A stretch of 61,569 bases of DNA, counting the filler, from Collodictyon triciliatum (lineage: Eukaryota), in assembly GCA_043381765.1 (NCBI GenBank). It is 5 parts of 5 records of this genome, joined end to end, with 100 filler letters (N's around TTAATTAATTAA, not from the genome) between each part and the next. Parts side by side here need not be neighbours in the genome. Positions count along the whole stretch, not along the records: positions 42,678 to 56,893 come from JBHJMP010001872.1; positions 56,994 to 61,569 come from JBHJMP010002007.1; 3 more parts are not named here. The stretch is one strand, 5' to 3'. The position numbers were made by a program, and so were the translations under genes. The number at the start of each line of letters is the position of its first letter. Positions within the stretch are counted from its first letter, which is position 1. Shown here in pieces: positions 52,050-61,569 of this stretch. Under the pieces are notes generated by a model. That model was not told the origin of the DNA, did no database searches, and saw nothing but the letters and a program-made list of their open reading frames with translations.

Positions 52050-53200
52050 TTTTAATATATTCATACAAAATATTTTTGATTATATGCCATGGCTAGTGCA
52101 TTGTTGGCATTGTATATGTAATAATCGTACTTTGAATAATCGAAATACAGTCCTTATAAGACTGGAATATCGATACTGTTGGTCACTTAAAATTATCAAT
52201 AAATCAATACTCCATGAGACACGGTAGCTGTGACTTTGACCACGGAGTCCAGACCACGGCGTAAAGGCTTGGCTTTGTAAATTATTATTTTCTCTCTTTT
52301 TAAATTTGTGCAACCCTCGATTGTTTGACCTGACATAGCAATGTATTTTTTAGATGCATTAAATAATCATACACATAATCGATACGATTACTTTGATACC
52401 AGAAAACTAATATAAATCAGCAAAAGAACGTTTGTAGTTATGAGACCCTGAAGAGAAACCAAGCCGAAATAAAAACCCGAGAGATGTCCTACTCCCATAT
52501 GATATTTCTTGGGACGCTAATCTTACAAATAAATCGAAGAAATCAAAAGCATATGAAACCCATCTCATAAAGTACAAGAGTATACATAAAAAATAGAATG
52601 ATAAAACTTTAGATATAGTTATCCTTACAAATAACAACTGTAAACAAAACAAATAAAAAATGGGAATCCACCAAAACATCATCGCTAATGAAATACCTTG
52701 CGCACGACAAATAACCATAGACAAATTACTTCTTAAACTTCAAGAATATTCTTTCTGGTATAATTGCGAATAATTGTAAGATTGCACCAACCACAACATA
52801 ACCAAATATAAAGAAAAATCTCTGTGTTTTTGTTTTACTTTTCAATCACTTGCTCAACCGCACCACTTATTGTTGTTAGATATCATAGTCTTTATTTAAA
52901 TGACACTCGCGTTGGAGAATATAATAACCGTCTGACATACACAGGTAATGAAACTCCTTGGAATCATTTTTAAGGTAACTGATTTGTGAGTACTTTTATC
53001 AACTCGACAATTTTATCCGGCCTTCTGTCAGTCTTGAACACAATATGAACCCGCGTTGGATTTTTTTATTCATGACAGAATAAGATGTTGGCGCCCATGC
53101 CTACAATCTCAAAACCATGTTTGATTTAACCCACTTCAGGAAGAAAAGTCTGTGTGTAAAAACACTTTGCTATCTTCCTATTTCACCACCCAGTTTATCT
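52050..53200 (-). pseudogene. Possible decayed multipass membrane-protein gene
   Basis: Broken hydrophobic frames, e.g. RFFFIFGYVVVGAILQLFAIIP and the ORF at 52407-52724. Confidence 0.25.
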
Positions 53201-54544
53201 TTTCTTACATTCCTATTCATCTCTTTCTATCTATCTTTTATTTTTTATAAACAAAAAAATCCAACTACATAAAGTTCAAGTTTTCCACTTTCTCATCCGT
53301 ATCTCTTTTTTATCCTAGAGGCGAAGGCAGCAGCTCGACTTTGTTTTCTATTAGTAAATAGTTGAAATGAAACCAAGGAAAAAATTAAAACTGCTACCTT
53401 GAATCAATTAAAAGCAACATAACTCATATATACAAAAACATCGTCATCTAAATTTTTTATCTATTATAAAAGATGTTTGGCAAATAATAAAAAACCTTCA
53501 ACGCATCACCACAAGCTTATCGATTTGCTTGCACATATGTAAGGAATATATTGAAAAAAAACTTGCTAGTTTTTTCGCTGTAATACTCTAAAAAAATTGT
53601 GTTTCTAAGGGAGCAGAGAGCAATTACTGATGTTCGCAATATTGCCACCTTGCTTGAGTGTGTATTTCTGTTTCTTAAAATGAAGAATCTGAAACTGTTC
53701 CTTTCAATGCTTTCTTATTCGAATATTTGTTTTTAAAAAACTATTCTTTAAATTATTCGTGTTTGATACCACCATAAATACTTTTCTTGACCGGGTTTAC
53801 TTCTCTTGGTGTTTATGCAAATCCAGTAAGTTTAAGTCAAGTTTAAATTATTCATATTTTTATTATTATTTATGCAATATTTTCTTTAAATATTTTTTGT
53901 CTGTTTTCTCTTCAGTAGCTAACAATTATGCGAACAGATGGAGAAGCCGCATGTGGAGTCGCATCACTCACAAATGTGCCAGTGATGTGGATAAATAGAG
54001 ACCTTACAAACAGAATAAGGACAGTGTCATGCGAAATTACTTCACATTCTCTACTGCAACAAGAGCTAGAAATATCGCCTATGCTTACACGCTCTGAAGC
54101 TTTATGAACACGTTTGCAAAAATATTTAAATACATACATATAGAAACAACTTAATATTTTACAAAAAAATATTACATTAATAGTTGAACAACACTGCCGG
54201 TGCCTTACAAGCTGAAAGAAAGTTGTAAAGTTGAACAGGCCACGAAAAGCCTGCATCTTGAAGAAATTACAATAACATGCATTTCAAGAAAAATATTATA
54301 AAATTATTGTATTGAAAGCAAGTGACACACGCGCAAGAGTTGAATAATGTCCACACAGTTTGTGTAAATTATGATTTCTTACATATAATTTAATAATAAA
54401 AAAATAGCAAAATCTTCCAGGAACACAATATATGCAAACAAAATCAACATACCTTACAATATTTTTGCATAGGATGAAATACATGCCTTTCGCCCATGAA
54501 ACACAGAACAGTGTATTGTAAATAATAATACTTTTAAAAATTTT

Positions 54545-54795
54545 ATATCCTTCGTTCAATTCAAAGTAAGGGTTTTTTTTGCATTTTTCTACAGTCCGCC
54601 GTTGTTGTTGCACCTTGTTTGAACGCAATGAACGCATCAAATTCGGGTCAAGGTCAGCTTGGTACGGGAGCTGGATTCTTGCTTCATCACTATGCATCCG
54701 AGAGTGTTGAGAAATATTACAACTCTAAACGGCTGCAACTACCAAGGCCCCTGACCTGAATTCGATCCGAGGCCAAACTTTCCCCCGGAGGCATC
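54545..54795 (-). mobile_element. Family B copy
   Basis: Homology to 1619-1885; 3' end ACTTTGAATTGAACGAAGGA. Confidence 0.68.
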
Positions 54796-55585
54796 CTATT
54801 GTCTTATTTATTCATTCAAAATATATCGTAGCACACCGAAGATAATCTGAAGCGGTGATATTTCAATGATTTGTAATTTTTTTTGGAGTGAAAGATAAAT
54901 ACATATATTTTCTTAATCAAGTGAATTACGTTCCCGTTTGAAACTGTGAATGCTATTTTTCAGACTATTTCACGAGCATGCATAGAGCCTTATCGGTGAT
55001 GTAAGTTAAGTGCATGTCACAGACTAGCTCGTCTTTTGGCTTTTCGAGTGGGTCAAAGGCACAGTGCTTCTATGATTCCAGATGTTGAGTTATATGATTT
55101 AATATTAACCAATTATGTACATATCAAATCATAAAACATATGACAAGCAAATGATATAATACAATTTTAATGATATTTGTTTATTGAACGTCGGTGACAT
55201 TTACAAAATAAACTTCTAGATTTTTAGCCTTTCATTAAATAATTGTACTTGCCTACCTAAACTTTCTTTGAATATTTGGCTCATTTGTTGTTTACTTGTA
55301 GTTTGTGTGGATCTAAATGTCTGTTATTCATGAAATATTTTTCGTATGTTAAAAAAAAAGAGTCACGCATAAACCTTTTTTTGTAAAAAAAAATAAAATA
55401 ATTATGATATACATACCTGATTGATTTTACCTCAACAAAATTATGCATCCCGCCGACTGTTGTTATGAACAATAAAGCTCTTGTATTTTTAAGGCAGATT
55501 ATTAAATTAGCACGATATAATTGTTGATTAGATGATTTGCCTATTTTGTGGCGTATACACTCACTGTGCACAATGGGCACTTTTT

Positions 55586-55641
55586 TTCCTTTATTCGATT
55601 CAAAGTGCAGCGAGGTTATGCCATACAAAGGGGCGGGATTT
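55586..55641 (-). mobile_element. 56-bp family B 3' terminus with perfect 16-bp TSD
   Basis: ACAATGGGCACTTTTT at 55570-55585 and 55642-55657. Confidence 0.8.
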
Positions 55642-56764
55642 ACAATGGGCACTTTTTAATGCAGGGTCAGGGCAAAATGGTCAAAAATAGTCCAACATGA
55701 ACCCTCATTTGATTGCGTAGTTTTCTCTTCTTTTTTTTTTTGATACAGTTCCAAATTCGAGTACTTTGAATGCAAAAAAACATATAATAAATTTACATAT
55801 AATGATAAACAGTCGATAAAATTATAGATTATTAATATGCTATTCATTTATTGTGCATTAAATATGCATTAACTAGCAAAACATAATTTGAATAATCACT
55901 TCATATAAACTTACAGAGAAGCACGGTTGTCATCATTTAATTCGGTATGCATTTTGCCATGCCCCGTAAAGATATCGCCCTTTCTCAACGCAGACGACAC
56001 ACTTATTTTTTGGCATGATTCTGAATGCTTCTTTCCTTGCATCGGATAACATATGAACCTTTTTGTGACCTTACCATAGGTGTCTTTACCTGATTTTATA
56101 TCCTGTAAACGCGAATCAATCGCATTATATAAGATACTCACTGCCTTTTTTCATTCATTTGAATTAGTTCGGTACACACTGTGCATCCAAATGCCAGACT
56201 TTCATTTGAATTGCTGACGGTTGACATGATACAGCCAAAGCAAAATGTTTTTTGACCCAGTAGAGCTGCAAAACTGTTGTATTAAGTGACACATATGTCA
56301 CACACACTTTTGCTGAAGCATGTGTTGATTTCGACCTCTGTCGCCTTTTTTATGTTCTCATTCTGTTTATTCGAAAGGCTTAGATTTGCACAGATATTTA
56401 CAAGAAATTACGCCAAGTAAAAATAAAAATCACATAGATGTCCATAATCCTTGCCGGTTCTTTTCGTCCATCCTTTCTTCGTACACAAAAATCTTATCTT
56501 GGCCACTTGGCTTTTAATTTATGTCTGGGATATGAACTATTAATCAAAACAATGCAAAAAATGTAATATCTCATAAATGAATAGTAAGTGATGATAATTT
56601 TGCCCCTCAGCGATGCGTTCTCATGATAACATGGCTTAGCAATCGCGCAGATGCCTTTTCGATATTCAACTCTTACTCTGTACTGCTGACCTCAAATGCA
56701 CGATTTATTATCCAATAAGATGCTAAATCTGCCCTTATATTCATTTTAACACCTAGTAATATAA

Positions 56765-56893
56765 TTTGTGTTCATTCGCCTTCAGGAGAAATTGACCTTG
56801 AGTCGAATCCAGGTCAGGGCTCCTGTTAGTTGCAGCCCTTTAGAGTTGTAACTATCCTCGGCCTTCATACATGCATCTTGATGAGCCACAAAT
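56765..56893 (+). mobile_element. Family B copy cut by contig end
   Basis: Aligns with the reverse complement of 1753-1875 through GAGCCACAAAT. Confidence 0.65.
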
Positions 56894-56993
56894 NNNNNNN
56901 NNNNNNNNNNNNNNNNNNNNNNNNNNNNNNNNNNNNNTTAATTAATTAANNNNNNNNNNNNNNNNNNNNNNNNNNNNNNNNNNNNNNNNNNNN
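56894..56993. other. Artificial contig spacer
   Basis: N44-TTAATTAATTAA-N44. Confidence 0.97.
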
Positions 56994-57033
56994 CCTAACA
57001 ATTTGTGGGGAGGGTATTGTAGATGTGCTGTTG

Positions 57034-57112
57034 TATTTTTTATTTTTATTTTTATTCTTCCTTTCAATTTTGTCCAGGATGGTGGAGATGTTGGCTTTGG
57101 TTCGCTAGCAAA
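57034..57112 (-). mobile_element. ~75-bp LINE family A 3' terminus
   Basis: Matches 2478-2535; (TAAAAA)n tail; degenerate TSD AGATGTGCTGTTGT (57021) / AGGTGTGCTGTGGT (57113). Confidence 0.75.
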
Positions 57113-57279
57113 AGGTGTGCTGTGGTGTTATTTATTCTTTGGTGTGATGACAAGTGCATGAAGGCTCTAACATGGTTCAAGAAAAGATGAAAATACGCCA
57201 TACAGAACAGATAAAGAATACGGCAATCAAACAGGTTTTAATTATTCATATTCCCAACACAATTCCCCCCCCCCCCCCT

Positions 57280-61414
<4,135 letters not shown>

Positions 61415-61424
61415 GTCTGTGCCT

Positions 61425-61535
61425 TTGTTTTGTTTTGTTTTGTTTTTTATTGGTGTTTTTTTATTTTTTATTGGTGTTTTTTATTTTTTTTGGTGTTTTT
61501 TTTTTGGTGTTTTTTTTTTTGTTTTTTTTTTTTTT

Positions 61536-61569
<34 letters not shown>
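61425..61569. repeat. T-rich low-complexity tract
   Basis: Direct reading. Confidence 0.85.

Larger units (their letters stand above)
53950..56141 (-). pseudogene. Heavily decayed Ser/Thr (CDK-like) kinase pseudogene interrupted by family B insertions
   Basis: Ordered remnants: GKDTYGKV (Gly loop), SSALR..KMHTELNDDN (III/IV), IFDHFALTL (V), RHLDPHKLQVN (VIb), ASERVSI (XI). Confidence 0.4.

Noticed and set aside
54735-54775. Tc1/mariner SPDLNPIE-like motif (APDLNSI)
   Set aside because: Not conserved across copies; no TIRs; the family has an A-tail and long TSD typical of retrotransposition.
55570-55657. Receptor-kinase-like GITSLH...KVPIVH motif
   Set aside because: Produced by the 56-bp insertion and its target-site duplication.

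Overview
Eukaryotic, AT-rich, intron-dense nuclear DNA in the standard genetic code, probably from a flagellated protist (axonemal-type genes are present). It is not one locus. Five contigs (1-14123, 14224-28352, 28453-42577, 42678-56893, 56994-end) are joined by an artificial N44-TTAATTAATTAA-N44 spacer, so adjacency across the joins is meaningless. Recognisable genes: a signal-peptide WD40 / Cys-rich / multipass-membrane receptor-like gene, cytosolic TyrRS (exon 1), a CDCA3/Tome-1-like motif protein, an EF-hand protein, two LRR genes, an AXDND1-like gene, PAN2, the start of a DUF4062 gene and a two-cNMP-domain gene. The left end of contig 1 and most of contig 4 are decayed DNA. They share a ~5 kb paralogous segment containing one unusually conserved non-coding block, and carry 5'-truncated copies of two non-LTR retroelement families plus decayed kinase and membrane-protein genes. 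Best leads: (i) an extracellular WD40 propeller with near-identical repeats and hypervariable top-face positions on a Cys-rich stalk; (ii) the conserved ~200 nt block; (iii) AG|GT zero-length-exon sites and a 7-nt microexon; (iv) an unclassified retroelement family. All gene models and identities are from manual reading and translation; no database search was run.
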